Numbered from the stretch's first letter, positions 18,663 through 29,024 are shown. The stretch is DNA of 64,000 nucleotides from Chloroflexota bacterium (GCA_016875535.1 VGPF01000007.1:7998-71997), one strand, 5' to 3'. Notes: generated from the letters alone by a model not told the origin. Numbers and translations are program-made.

Positions 18663-19130
18663 ATGCGCGTCGCCCGAAGCCGTCTCATCAAAGCGCCGGT
18701 GGCGCAGGTCTGGCGCGCCGCCTCCGCGCTCGACGACTTGCCCAAGTGGTTCAGCAGCGTGGAGGCCGTCCAGCATACGGGCGGCCCTGCCGAAGGCGCG
18801 GGTCGCAGACAGCTCGTTTCGCGGACGCTCTACGGGCGCGAAAGCAGGCTCACTCAAGAGGTGACGGCCTGGGAGCAGGAAAGACGGATCGCGCTCAAGC
18901 ACCTGGAGGAGACGGTGGACGGCGCGAAGGCCGGCGGCGTGCGTGATTTCCACACCATCATCGCCATACGCCCCATCGCCGACCGCACGGAGGTGACGCT
19001 AGCCTACGAGTGGCGTTCGCCCCTGGGCGTCTCCTGGCTCCTCAGCCTCTTTCTTGCCGGGCGCGTCATGGGCAAGGAGCAGAACGCCTCGCTCAAGCTT
19101 TTGGAGAAGCTGGCGCAGGGAACATCGTAG
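18663..19130 (+). CDS. SRPBCC family protein
   Basis: MRVARSRLIKAPVAQVW...LPKW signature; ATG 18663 rather than track start 18516. Confidence 0.75.
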   Translation: MRVARSRLIKAPVAQVWRAASALDDLPKWFSSVEAVQHTGGPAEGAGRRQLVSRTLYGRESRLTQEVTAWEQERRIALKHLEETVDGAKAGGVRDFHTIIAIRPIADRTEVTLAYEWRSPLGVSWLLSLFLAGRVMGKEQNASLKLLEKLAQGTS

Positions 19131-19237
19131 CGCCGCCGCTTGATTCTCTCTCGTCGTCGCGCTACCCTTCGCCTGTCTCCGGATCGCACCGTCTGACCCG
19201 TGCTCCATGAGCCTGAACCCCCGCTGAGGTGCTGCAT

Positions 19238-19936
19238 ATGCCCATCGCAACCATTGTGGAAGCCGCCCGAAAGGAAGGCCGCACCCTCCTGAACGAGGTG
19301 GAGGCCAAGCAGATCCTGAAGGAGGCCGGATTGAGCGTTGTGGAGACTCGCCTGGCCGCGAACAAGGCCGAGGCCCAGCGCATCGCCAGGGAGCTGGGCT
19401 TCCCCGTGGTGATGAAGATCCTTTCGCCGGACATCGCGCACAAGAGCGATGTGGGCGGCGTGAAGCTGGGGCTGAAGAACGAGGCCGAGGTGGCCGCCGC
19501 GCACGATGAGATGCTGGCGGCGGTGCAGCGCGCCGCGCCCAACGCTCGCATCGCGGGCGTCTCCATCCAGCCCATGGCCAGGCAGGGCACGGAGGTCATC
19601 ATCGGCATGACCAAGGATGCCGCCTTCGGCCCGGTGCTGATGTTCGGCCTGGGCGGCATCTTCGTCGAGGTGTTGAAGGACGTGGCCTTCCGCGTGGTGC
19701 CGCTGACCCAGCGCGATGCGCGGCAGATGGTGCGCGAGATCAAGGGCTACCCTGTGCTGCAGGGCGTTCGCGGGCAGGCCGGCGCAGACGTGACGAAGCT
19801 GGAAGAGGCGATCCTGAAGCTCTCCGCCTTTGTGGATGCGCACCCGGAGATCAAAGAGCTGGACATGAACCCGGTCTTCGCCTACCGGGACGGCCTGGCG
19901 GCGGTGGATGCGCGGATCGTGCTGGAGGCGGCCTAG
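19238..19936 (+). CDS. ADP-forming acyl-CoA synthetase beta subunit (ATP-grasp)
   Basis: LNEVEAK, GFPVVMKILSPDIAHKSDVGGV, FGPVLMFGLGG, ELDMNP. Confidence 0.92.
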   Translation: MPIATIVEAARKEGRTLLNEVEAKQILKEAGLSVVETRLAANKAEAQRIARELGFPVVMKILSPDIAHKSDVGGVKLGLKNEAEVAAAHDEMLAAVQRAAPNARIAGVSIQPMARQGTEVIIGMTKDAAFGPVLMFGLGGIFVEVLKDVAFRVVPLTQRDARQMVREIKGYPVLQGVRGQAGADVTKLEEAILKLSAFVDAHPEIKELDMNPVFAYRDGLAAVDARIVLEAA

Positions 19937-19939
19937 CGT

Positions 19940-20557
19940 CTAAAGCTGGAAGTCCACGTAACCCGGCGGGATGCCGTAGCGCTGCATCACCTTCTGCATC
20001 AGCTCGCCGGCGGCGCGGATATCCGGGTTGGACCGATAGGCGATGAGCTGCGTGGCGATGCGCGTGGAAGCGGCAGTATCGCCGCTGGCGAGAGCAGCCT
20101 TGAACTCCTTGGAGATCGCCACCACGCGCTCTGCGGAGCGGATCGCCAGGGTGCGCACCTCAACCAGTTCCGAGACCTCTACAGGGGCGGCGACCGCCGT
20201 CACATCCCGCAGATAGGTCTCCGAGAGCGCGATACCCCGGTCCACCAGCCGCGCGATGGCCGCCTGGTCCGTGGTGGAAAAGACGGCCGTTCCCGTGCCC
20301 TGGTATTCGGCGATGAACTTATTGCCGATCCCATTCAGCGTCTTCATATACTCGTAGGCCTTGAGCGCATCGCCGGTGAAGACGAGGACAGGCGTCGGCG
20401 AGGGCGTCGGCGGGCGGGTGGGCGTTGGGGGGACGGGCGTTGGTGTGGGGTCCTTAGCGGCCGAGCTGCACGCAGCGAGCATCGGCAGCAACAGGCATGC
20501 CGCCAGCCCTACCAACGAGATCCGCTTGCCTGCAAAGGCCATCGCCATCATGAGCAC
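19940..20557 (-). CDS. Hypothetical lipoprotein with Pro/Thr linker
   Basis: Lipobox LAAC followed by PTPTPVPPTPT. Confidence 0.7.
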   Translation of the reverse strand: MLMMAMAFAGKRISLVGLAACLLLPMLAACSSAAKDPTPTPVPPTPTRPPTPSPTPVLVFTGDALKAYEYMKTLNGIGNKFIAEYQGTGTAVFSTTDQAAIARLVDRGIALSETYLRDVTAVAAPVEVSELVEVRTLAIRSAERVVAISKEFKAALASGDTAASTRIATQLIAYRSNPDIRAAGELMQKVMQRYGIPPGYVDFQL

Positions 20558-20695
20558 CTTGCCCGACTGGGCATAGGCGGCCGCCGGCGCGAGGACGAGC
20601 CTTCGAGATGACTTACACGATACCTCCTACAACATCGCTGGCGAAGGAGCCCCACCACTATACGGGCTTGTGCGCCATAGCACCACCGCGGGCAC

Positions 20696-21712
20696 CTAAA
20701 GGAAACCGATGACGGCGGCGGCCAAGGCCGCTGAATCGTGGCGGAGGTAGTGGTTCGTCGCAAGGAGGGGCCTGGCGACGATGTTGGGCACGAGCCGCTC
20801 GCAGGCGGCGCGATCGAAGGCGACGGGTGTCGCGCGCTCGCCGGCGTACTTCTTCGCGAGGCGCGCTGGGACGGGCGCTGTGTTCACGAGGGCGTAGTCC
20901 AAGGCCTTCGCGTCGCCGAGGTACTTCAAGACAGTAGCGATGAAGCGGGAGGCGGTATAGCCGTCAGTCTCGCCGTGCTTGGTGACCAGGTTGCAGATGT
21001 AGACCTTCTTCGCTTTGGAACGGCGGATAGCCTCCGGCACGCCTGAGACCAAGAGGTTCGGAATCACACTGGTGTAGAGGTCGCCGGGGCCGATGACGAT
21101 AACGTCCGCCTGGGCGATGGCCCGCGCCGTCTCCGGCAGGACCTGCGCCTTGCGCTGGAGATAGACGCGCTTGATGGGCACGTCCGGGTCTACGGTGCGG
21201 ATGTCTATATGCGCCTCGCCGACGACGGTGTTGCCGTTGGCCAACTCCGCGCAGAGATTCGTGTCGGTCAGCGTCACCGGGAGGACGCGCCCCTTGATGC
21301 CCAGCAGGTGTCCCATCTCCTCCACGGCCTTGTCCGTGCGGCCGGCTACATCCGTCAGCACCGTAAGGAAGAGATTGCCGAAGCTATGGCCGTGGAGGCC
21401 GTTCCCCTTGTTGAAGCGGTACTCAAAGAGGCTCTTGAGCGTCGCACGGGCGTGGTCGTCCGGCGTGAGGGCCAGGAGGCACTGGCGCAGGTCGCCCGGC
21501 GGCAGGACGCCGAACTCATCGCGCAGGCGGCCGGAGCTGCCGCCGCTATCCGTCATGGTCACCACGGCGGTGAGCTGCGCCGGGTACTGCTTCAACCCCG
21601 AAAGGATAGTGAAGCTGCCGGTGCCGCCGCCGATGACGACGATCTTTTTGGAGGCGAGCTCGCGCTGAGAAGGGGGTCTGCGCGCCGCCCGAGCCGTGGA
21701 CGCTGGAGACAT
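20696..21712 (-). CDS. yvcK: YvcK/CofD-like (UPF0052) protein
   Basis: GGGTG, DSGGSSGRLR, PPGDLR, GHSFGNL, GPGDLYTSVIPNL; start re-called at ATG 21712. Confidence 0.88.
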   Translation of the reverse strand: MSPASTARAARRPPSQRELASKKIVVIGGGTGSFTILSGLKQYPAQLTAVVTMTDSGGSSGRLRDEFGVLPPGDLRQCLLALTPDDHARATLKSLFEYRFNKGNGLHGHSFGNLFLTVLTDVAGRTDKAVEEMGHLLGIKGRVLPVTLTDTNLCAELANGNTVVGEAHIDIRTVDPDVPIKRVYLQRKAQVLPETARAIAQADVIVIGPGDLYTSVIPNLLVSGVPEAIRRSKAKKVYICNLVTKHGETDGYTASRFIATVLKYLGDAKALDYALVNTAPVPARLAKKYAGERATPVAFDRAACERLVPNIVARPLLATNHYLRHDSAALAAAVIGFL

Positions 21713-21887
21713 CTGCCCACCTAAGGTGAGGATTAGGCGACCCAACTCAACGAACCCACATGGATTGTAAGAGGGAGATGCCATTTGTTCAATGCTCTCC
21801 AGAGGAAAGTTGCCCAAAACCACCCCATGCAGCACAGTGCAAGCCTATAATGGCTGTGGCGGCAGACTCCCACTCGAGGTGACACCC

Positions 21888-23300
21888 GTGCCACCGCCAC
21901 GATCGCCGGAAGCCCGCATCGCCCAGCTGCGCCGCATCTTCATGCCCCGCGCCATCGCCGTGGTGGGCGCTTCGCCCACGCCGGGGAAGCTGGGCAGCAT
22001 CATCGTCGCCAACCTCAAGGGCGCAGGCTATGTGGGCAACATCTACCCGGTGAACCCCAACTTCGCCGAGGTAGGGGGCCTGAAGTGCTACCCCTCGCTG
22101 GAGGCGGTGCCGGACGATACGGACGTGGCTGTGGTGGCCATCCCGGCGCCCGCCATCGCGGGGCTGGCGCCCGCCGCGGGCAAGAAGGGCATCGCCGGGC
22201 TGGTGGTCATCAGCTCCGGCTTTGCCGAGGTGGGCAACCGCCCCTTGCAGGATGAGCTGGTGCAGGCGGCGCGGGCCCACAACCTGCGCATCCTTGGCCC
22301 CAACATCTACGGCTACTTCTACACGCCCCTCAAGCTCTGCGCCACCTTCGCCATGCCCTACACGGAGCCGGGCGGCGTGGCCCTAGTCTCCCAGAGCGGC
22401 GGGATCGCCAACGCCATCCTGGGCTATAGCCGCTCCCGGCGCATGGGCGTCTCCGCCATCGTGGGCCTGGGGAATAAGGCCGATATAGACGATAGCGACG
22501 CGCTGGAGTTCTTCGGCCAGGACCCGCACACCCAGGTCATCGCCCTGCACATCGAAGGGCTGAAGGACGGTCGAGGCTTCCTGGAGACGGCAAAACGCGT
22601 TTCGAAAGTGAAACCTGTGGTGGTTCTAAAGGGCGGGCGAAGCAGCGCGGGCGCAAGGGCCGCCTCATCCCACACCGCCTCGCTGGCCGGCGAAGACCGC
22701 GTCTACGATGCCGCCTTCCGCCAGGCGGGGCTGATCCGCGCGCGCACGCTGGAAGACCTGCTGGACTGGTCGCGCGCCGTCCAGCTCCTGCCCGACCCTG
22801 CCGGGGAGAACGTCCTTATCGTCTGCGGCGCCGGCGGCCTGGGGGTGCTGATGGCGGACGCCTGCGCCGACCATGGCCTTTCCCTGCCGGCCCTGCCTCC
22901 GGACTTGCACCAGGCGATGAAGGCCTGCATCCCGCCCTTCGGCTCAGCCAACAACCCCATAGACGTGACGGGCGGCGAAGGCCCGGAGACCTACCGCAAG
23001 GTCATCACCCTTGCGCTCAATGATAGCCGCGTCCACGCCCTCGTCTTCGGCTATTGGCATACGCCGCTTGCGCCGCCGGGGGCCTTCGCCAAGCTCCTCA
23101 TCGAGCTGGTGCAGGAGGCCAAGGACAAGGGCATCGTGAAGCCGATGGTGGCGGGCCTGGTGGGCGATGTGGAGGTGGAGGAGGCGGTGCGCCACCTGGA
23201 GGCGAACGGCATCCCGGCCTACGCCTACGCGGTGGAGCAGGCCATCGGCGCGCTGGCGGCCCGCTACAAGTTCTGGCGGGGGAAGCGGAAAGACGCTTAG
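21888..23300 (+). CDS. ADP-forming acyl-CoA synthetase alpha subunit (CoA-binding)
   Basis: IAVVGAS, YPVNP, SSGFAE, LGPN, SQSGG, GLGNKAD, ASSHTASLAG, NPIDVTG; SD GAGGTG before GTG 21888. Confidence 0.9.
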   Translation: MPPPRSPEARIAQLRRIFMPRAIAVVGASPTPGKLGSIIVANLKGAGYVGNIYPVNPNFAEVGGLKCYPSLEAVPDDTDVAVVAIPAPAIAGLAPAAGKKGIAGLVVISSGFAEVGNRPLQDELVQAARAHNLRILGPNIYGYFYTPLKLCATFAMPYTEPGGVALVSQSGGIANAILGYSRSRRMGVSAIVGLGNKADIDDSDALEFFGQDPHTQVIALHIEGLKDGRGFLETAKRVSKVKPVVVLKGGRSSAGARAASSHTASLAGEDRVYDAAFRQAGLIRARTLEDLLDWSRAVQLLPDPAGENVLIVCGAGGLGVLMADACADHGLSLPALPPDLHQAMKACIPPFGSANNPIDVTGGEGPETYRKVITLALNDSRVHALVFGYWHTPLAPPGAFAKLLIELVQEAKDKGIVKPMVAGLVGDVEVEEAVRHLEANGIPAYAYAVEQAIGALAARYKFWRGKRKDA

Positions 23301-23380
23301 CCAAGCCGCCTCTTCTCTCCGCGGTTCCGAACGGGGACTAGACGATCGTCGCTATACTAATAGTAGATAGTGATGAAGAG

Positions 23381-24883
23381 GTGAAATTGCACGTGATGTA
23401 TGAGACTGAAGGCGGCGGGTTTCCCTGGGTGGCGCGATGGCCGAAGGTCCCGGCCTATGAGATCGCGAAGCGGATCATGGAGCGGCATGACTTCGCCAAA
23501 GACGCGAACGGACGGCTCTACCGCTATCTGAGCGGCGTCTACTTGGACGATGGCGAGGAGTTCGCCAAGCGGATGTGCAAGGAGGTCCTGGCGGAGGCGG
23601 AGCTCCTGGAATCGTGGTCGTCCCACAAGGCGGCGGAGGTGGCCGAGTTCATCCGCGTGGACGCCCGGCCGCTCCTCCAGCGCCCGGACCGCAACCGGCT
23701 CACTGTTGCCAACGGCATCCTGCACCTGGACACCATGGAGCTGATGCCCCATAGGCCGTCCTACGCCGTCACCGTCCGGCTGCCCATCGTCTACGACCCG
23801 AAGGCCAAGTGCCCCAGCTGGCTCCGCTTCGCGCAGGACTGGTTCGGCGAAGAGGGCCCCACTTTTGTGCCGGAGACGGCGGCCTGGCTCATGACGCCCG
23901 ACCTCTCCCTGCAGAAGGCCCTGCTCCTCTTGGGCGAAGGCGGCGAGGGGAAGAGCCGCTTCCTGGCGGGGCTGCGCGCCTTCCTGGGCGGCAGCAACGT
24001 CAGCACCATCGCCCTCCACCAGCTGGAGGAGGACCGCTTCAAGGCGGCGCGGCTCCAGGGCAAGCTCGCCAACTTCTACGCCGACCTGCCCTCCACCTAC
24101 CTGCAAAGCACGAGCCTCTTCAAGAGCCTTGTAGCCGGCGATGCCATAACCGGAGAGCAGAAGTTCAGGGAGAGCTTCGACTTCCAGCCCTTCGCGCGGC
24201 TCGTCTTCTCCGCCAACACGCCGCCGCGCTCGGCGGACGCCTCCTCGGCCTTCTTCTCGCGGTGGATCGTCGTGCGCTTCAAGCGGCGCTTTAGGGACGA
24301 GGCGGACCAGGTCTCCCCCCAGGAGATAGACCGCCTGCTGGCCGACCCCACGGAGCGGGCCGGGCTCTTGAACCTGGCGCTGGCGGCCCTGCCGCGCCTG
24401 CGGCAGCGGGGCTTCACCATAACGGCGGCGATGCAGGAGGCCTATAACGAGTTCGTGGAGGCCACGGACCCCTTCACCGTCTGGCTCAACGCCCGCACGG
24501 TGGAGGACGCGGAGGCATTCACCCCCTGCAGCGAGCTCATGGCCGCCTACCGCGACTACGCGCTGGAGCACAGCCTGGGCGTCAGCGTGACCAGGGTAGC
24601 GATCGGCAACGCCTTGCGCAGGGCGCGTCCGCGGGTGCGCTACGCGCAGAAAGCGGTTGCCGGCAAGACGATGTGGAGCTACATAGGTATCATGCTGCGA
24701 AAAGAGTCCCACGACTCACGCAACTCACGGACTTCACGGGCTTTCCCCAACTCTAGTCAATCGCGGGAGGAAACAATACGACAAAGAAATGGAGAGGAGT
24801 CCGTTAACTCCGTGAGTCCCGTGACTTCCACGCCATCGCCGCTGGTGGCGGAGGCGCTGCAGCAGGGCGGGAGGGTGGTGTGA
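23381..24883 (+). mobile_element. Orphan phage/plasmid P4-family (D5-like SF3) helicase, no primase domain
   Basis: D5_N-like region, Walker A GEGGEGKS, Walker B-like ANFYAD, motif C LVFSAN, SRWIVVRF; no integrase or capsid genes adjacent. Confidence 0.85.
24710..24823. repeat. Inverted arrays of 9-bp-period iteron-like repeats
   Basis: CACG at 24710, 24717, 24726, 24735 (ACTCACG, ACTCACG, CTTCACG) facing CGTT/CGTG at 24802, 24811, 24820 (CGTGAGT, CGTGACT). Confidence 0.7.
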
Positions 24884-24993
24884 CATCCGCCCCTTGATGG
24901 CTCTGTTACCTTGAAGGACAGGGTTCAAGTTTCGTTGTCAGTCATATCTTCGCATCTGCTATCCTGTCTCCCGGCACTTCGCCGGGAGGGCGC

Positions 24994-25932
24994 ATGCAGC
25001 GCGTCGCGGTCACGGGCGTCAGCGGCTACATCGGCGCACAGCTCATGGCGCGGCTGGCGGCCCACCCCTCCGTGGAGGCAATCATCGGCGTGGACGCCCG
25101 GCCGCCGCGGCAATCGCCTCCCAAGCTCACCTTCGTCCGGCATGACATCACCAAGCCCTTCGATGGGCTCTTCGCCCAGCACCGCGTGGATGCCGCCGTC
25201 CACCTTGCCTTCGTCGTCGCGCCCACGCGGCGGGAGGCCTGGGCCGCGCGCATCAATGTAGACGGCACGCGGCACTTCCTCCGGGCCTGCGGCCAGGGCA
25301 ACCTCGGCTACCTGCTCTACCTGGGCAGCACCTCCGTCTACGGCGCCCATGCCGATAACCCCGTGCCGCTGACGGAGGATGCGCCCCTTCGACCGAACCC
25401 GCGCTTCCAGTATGCCCGCGATAAGGCGACGACGGAGCGGCTCTTCGATGAGTACGCCAAGAGCCACCCGAACAGCAAGGTGACGGTCCTGCGCGGCGCG
25501 CCCGTCATGGGCCCCGGCGGGGCCAAGGCCATCGGCGCGAAGGTATTCCAGCCGGTGATGGTGCGCATGCTGGGCCGCAACCCGCCGGTGCAGTTCCTGC
25601 ATGAAGACGATCTCATCGCCATCCTGGTCATGCTGCTGGAGCGCGAAGCGCCCGGCACCTACAACGTCGCCGCCGATGGCACGGTCCCCTACAGCAGAGT
25701 GGCGAAGATGGCCAAGCGGCCCATGATCGCCCTGCCCAAGTCGCTCCTCGGCGGCGTCATGGACCTGGCGTGGAAGCTGCGCCTGCAACAGCAGTCGAAC
25801 TCGGCCGGCCTCGACTACATCGCCTACCCGTGGGTCGCGAGCAATGAGAAGCTGAAGCAGGCCACCGGCTTCCGCTACCGCTACACCACAGAGCAGACCA
25901 TCGAGTCTTTCCTGCGGCAGGCCAAGCGCTAG
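24994..25932 (+). CDS. NAD-dependent epimerase/dehydratase
   Basis: GVSGYIG, VHLAF, STSVYG, YARDK. Confidence 0.88.
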   Translation: MQRVAVTGVSGYIGAQLMARLAAHPSVEAIIGVDARPPRQSPPKLTFVRHDITKPFDGLFAQHRVDAAVHLAFVVAPTRREAWAARINVDGTRHFLRACGQGNLGYLLYLGSTSVYGAHADNPVPLTEDAPLRPNPRFQYARDKATTERLFDEYAKSHPNSKVTVLRGAPVMGPGGAKAIGAKVFQPVMVRMLGRNPPVQFLHEDDLIAILVMLLEREAPGTYNVAADGTVPYSRVAKMAKRPMIALPKSLLGGVMDLAWKLRLQQQSNSAGLDYIAYPWVASNEKLKQATGFRYRYTTEQTIESFLRQAKR

Positions 25933-26652
25933 ATGCGCCTCCACGTTGCGCTGACGCCTGCCGAGCTGAAGAGCCTCGACCTTCCCCAGTGGCGGGCCGT
26001 GGTGATAGACGTCACCCGCGCCACCTCCACCATCAGCCAGGCCATCGCCTCCGGCGCGGAGCGCATCATCCCTGTCGCCTCTATCGCAGAGGCGCGGCGC
26101 GTGCAGCGCTCCCTGGGCGAAGGAGCGCTCCTCGGCGGAGAACGCGGCGGCCTGCGCATCCCCGGCTTCCACCTCGGCAATTCGCCCCGGGACTACACGG
26201 CCAAGGTGGTGAAGGGGAAGACCATCGTCTTCACCACCACCAACGGCACCCGGGCGCTCAAGGCGGCGGCCACGGCCGGGGAGACGCTCATCGGCGCCTT
26301 CCTCAACCAGGGGGCGGCGGTGCGCCGCCTGGCAAGGGCCAGGGGCGATATCGTGCTGGTCTGCGCAGGGCGCGAAGGCGAGCCGGTGCCGGACGATACG
26401 GCCTGCGCGGGGGCCTTTGTGGAGCGCCTGCTGGAGGCGATCGGCGATGCCGGGCCCACGGAGGAGGCGGCGCAGGCGCTGGCGCTCTCCGAGCGCTATC
26501 GCGGGCGCATAGCCGCCGCCCTGCGCGAATCGCCTTCGGGCAAGGCCCTCATCGCCGTGGGCCTCGGCCGCGACTTGGCCGATTGCGCCAAGCTGGACGC
26601 GCTGAAGGTCGTCCCAGCCCTTGTGCGAGGCGAAGTGGTCAGGCTAAGGTAG
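25933..26652 (+). CDS. comB: 2-phosphosulfolactate phosphatase family protein
   Basis: VIDVTRAT, LLGGERGG, GNSP, TTTNGT. Confidence 0.9.
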   Translation: MRLHVALTPAELKSLDLPQWRAVVIDVTRATSTISQAIASGAERIIPVASIAEARRVQRSLGEGALLGGERGGLRIPGFHLGNSPRDYTAKVVKGKTIVFTTTNGTRALKAAATAGETLIGAFLNQGAAVRRLARARGDIVLVCAGREGEPVPDDTACAGAFVERLLEAIGDAGPTEEAAQALALSERYRGRIAAALRESPSGKALIAVGLGRDLADCAKLDALKVVPALVRGEVVRLR

Positions 26653-26671
26653 TTGCGAGACGTCCGTGTTC

Positions 26672-26742
26672 GCTCTCCTCTCCTTCGGTGGAAGGGAGCC
26701 TGCGCTGACTCTGCGAAGCAAAGTCGTGAGCGAAGGGAGAAG
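26672..26742. repeat. REP-like intergenic element, copy 1
   Basis: Core GAGCCTGCGCTGACTCTGC-GAAGC inside CTCTCC...GGGAGA arms; matches 55832-55908. Confidence 0.6.
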
Positions 26743-26752
26743 GCGGTAGGTT

Positions 26753-27130
26753 ATGCTCAACGTCGTGCTGGTCGGCCTCGGTGGAGCCGTCGGCTCCATG
26801 CTGCGCTATGGCGTAAGCGCGTGGGTCATGGGCGGCAGCAAATCGTTCCCCTATGGGACGCTGGCCGTCAACGCCATCGGCTGCTTCGCCATCGGTCTCA
26901 TCCTCGGCCTGGCGGAGACCCACGATTTCATCAACAGCCACACGCGCCTCCTGCTCACCACGGGACTCCTGGGCGGCTTCACCACCTTCTCCGCCTTCGG
27001 CTTTGAGACCTTCGCCCTCCTGCGGGACGACCGCCTGCCCGCCGCCTTCGCCAACATCGCCGTGCAGCTCATCGTCGGCCTCCTGGCGGTCTGGGCCGGC
27101 CATCAGCTGAGCCGAGCCTTTGGCGGCTAA
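26753..27130 (+). CDS. crcB: Fluoride channel Fluc/CrcB
   Basis: GGAVGSMLRY, FPYGTLAVN, TTGLLGGFTTFSAF. Confidence 0.95.
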   Translation: MLNVVLVGLGGAVGSMLRYGVSAWVMGGSKSFPYGTLAVNAIGCFAIGLILGLAETHDFINSHTRLLLTTGLLGGFTTFSAFGFETFALLRDDRLPAAFANIAVQLIVGLLAVWAGHQLSRAFGG

Positions 27131-27169
27131 GGGCAGGCTGGTATCATTGGATAAAGGAAGGCGAGGGCC

Positions 27170-27427
27170 ATGAAATCCTACATCTTTGATGTGGTCATCA
27201 AGGAAGACCGGTTTGAATCAGGGGAGAGGGCCTTCAGCGCGTCATGTCCTGCGTTGAAGGGATGCCGCTCTTGGGGCCACACCTATGAAGAGGCGCTCGC
27301 CAATATCCGCGAAGCGATCGAGCTCTACATCGAGGACCTGGTGGACGCCGGCAAGCCGGTGCCCACGAGCCAAAAGCGCGGCGTGACGGTTCGCGATAAG
27401 CCCGCCGTAGCCGTCAACGTTCGATGA
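27170..27427 (+). CDS. hicB: HicB family antitoxin (short, no DNA-binding domain seen)
   Basis: CPALKGCRSWGHTYEEALANIREAIELYIEDL. Confidence 0.9.
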   Translation: MKSYIFDVVIKEDRFESGERAFSASCPALKGCRSWGHTYEEALANIREAIELYIEDLVDAGKPVPTSQKRGVTVRDKPAVAVNVR

Positions 27428-27666
27428 GCCAAACGCCCAGGGGCGTCTCAGCGCGCCAGCTGGTGCGGGCCCTTGAGGCTGACGGCTTTGCCTTGCGGAG
27501 GTCGCGCGGAAGCCATCGAATTTTCAGCCACCCGGATGGACGGCGTATCGTTGTGGCCTACCATCATCCGGGCGATACCTTCCCCATCGGCACGCTGAAA
27601 GGCATCATCCACGATGCCGGCTGGTCTGATGCCGACCTGCACAGGTTGGGGCTGCTGAAGGGCTAA
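27424..27666 (+). CDS. hicA: HicA family mRNA interferase toxin
   Basis: GF...RGSHRIF.HPDGR, GTLKGII; ATGA overlap with hicB. Confidence 0.9.
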   Translation: MSQTPRGVSARQLVRALEADGFALRRSRGSHRIFSHPDGRRIVVAYHHPGDTFPIGTLKGIIHDAGWSDADLHRLGLLKG

Positions 27667-27766
27667 GCCCCCTTCCCCTTGCCGCCGTTCAGCCCCGGGC
27701 GTACACTGGGTAGCCTTCAATCCCACCATGGCTCCCGCGCCTGCCCCCAGGGAGCCGGAGCGACTC

Positions 27767-29017
27767 ATGCACATCTCCACCCTCCTGCAGAAGCACGACC
27801 CCCAGATCGCCGAAGCCCTGGCCCACGAGGTGGAGCGCCAGCGCAAGAACATCGTCCTCATCGCCTCGGAGAACTACGCCAGCAAGGCCGTCCTCGAGAT
27901 GATGGGCTCGCCCCTCACCAACAAGTACGCCGAAGGCTACCCCGGCAAGCGCTACTACGGCGGCTGCCAGTTCGTGGACGTGGCGGAACAGCTCGCCATC
28001 GAGCGCGCCAAGCAGCTCTTCGGCGCCGAGCATGCCAACGTCCAGCCCCACAGCGGCGCCCAGGCCAACATGGGCGCCTACTTCGGCCTCCTGGAGGTCG
28101 GCGATACGGTGCTGGGCATGCGCCTGGACCAGGGCGGCCACCTCACTCACGGCAGTCCCGTCAACTTCTCCGGCAAGTACTACAAATTCGTCTCCTACGG
28201 CGTGGACCGCGAGACGGAGCTGCTGGACTATGACGCCGTCCGCGCCCTGGCCAAGGAGCACCGCCCCAAGCTCATCGTCGCCGGCGCCACCGCCTACCCG
28301 CGCATCATCGACTTCAAGAAGTTCCGCGAGATCGCCGATGAGGTGGGCGCGAAGCTCATGGTGGACATGGCGCACCCCGCCGGCATCTTCGCCGCCGGGC
28401 TCCATCCCTCGCCCGTGCCCTACGCGGACGTCGTCACCTCCTCCACGCACAAGACGCTGCGCGGCCCCCGCGGCGGCATGATTGTTTCGAAGAAGGCCCT
28501 GGCCCCCGCGATAGACAAGGGCGTCTTCCCCATGGCGCAGGGCGGCCCCCTCATGCACATCGTCGCCGCCAAGGCCGTCGCCTTCGGCGAGGCGCTCAAG
28601 CCCGAGTTCAAGACCTACCAGCAGAACGTGATAGACAACGCCCGCACCCTAGCCGGCGAGCTGGGGAACCGGGGACTGCGAATCGTCTCCGGCGGCACGG
28701 ACAACCACCTCATGCTGGTGGACCTGAACCCCATCGCCGTCACAGGCCAGCAGGCGGAGAGCGCCCTTGAGGCGGTGGGCATCGTGGCGAACAAGAACGC
28801 CATCCCCTTCGATCCGAAGCCGCCGCGGGTCACCAGCGGCCTGCGCCTGGGGACGCCCGCGGTCACCAGCCGGGGCTTCGGCAAGGGCGAGATGGTGGCC
28901 ATCGCGCGGCTCATCGCCGCCACCCTGCGCAGCATCGGCAACGAGCAGGAGATGGCGAAGGTGAAGGACGAGGTCCAGACCATCGCCGCCAAGTTCCCCG
29001 TGCCGGGCTTGGAGTAG
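27767..29017 (+). CDS. glyA: Serine hydroxymethyltransferase
   Basis: [44 protein letters not shown]. Confidence 0.98.
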   Translation: MHISTLLQKHDPQIAEALAHEVERQRKNIVLIASENYASKAVLEMMGSPLTNKYAEGYPGKRYYGGCQFVDVAEQLAIERAKQLFGAEHANVQPHSGAQANMGAYFGLLEVGDTVLGMRLDQGGHLTHGSPVNFSGKYYKFVSYGVDRETELLDYDAVRALAKEHRPKLIVAGATAYPRIIDFKKFREIADEVGAKLMVDMAHPAGIFAAGLHPSPVPYADVVTSSTHKTLRGPRGGMIVSKKALAPAIDKGVFPMAQGGPLMHIVAAKAVAFGEALKPEFKTYQQNVIDNARTLAGELGNRGLRIVSGGTDNHLMLVDLNPIAVTGQQAESALEAVGIVANKNAIPFDPKPPRVTSGLRLGTPAVTSRGFGKGEMVAIARLIAATLRSIGNEQEMAKVKDEVQTIAAKFPVPGLE

Positions 29018-29024
29018 GGGAAAG

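Noticed and set aside
26650-26752. Fluoride riboswitch upstream of crcB
   Set aside because: No GGnGAUGG-type motif; the region is a REP-like repeat.
27666-27766. ZTP or glycine riboswitch upstream of glyA
   Set aside because: No consensus recognised in the short spacer.
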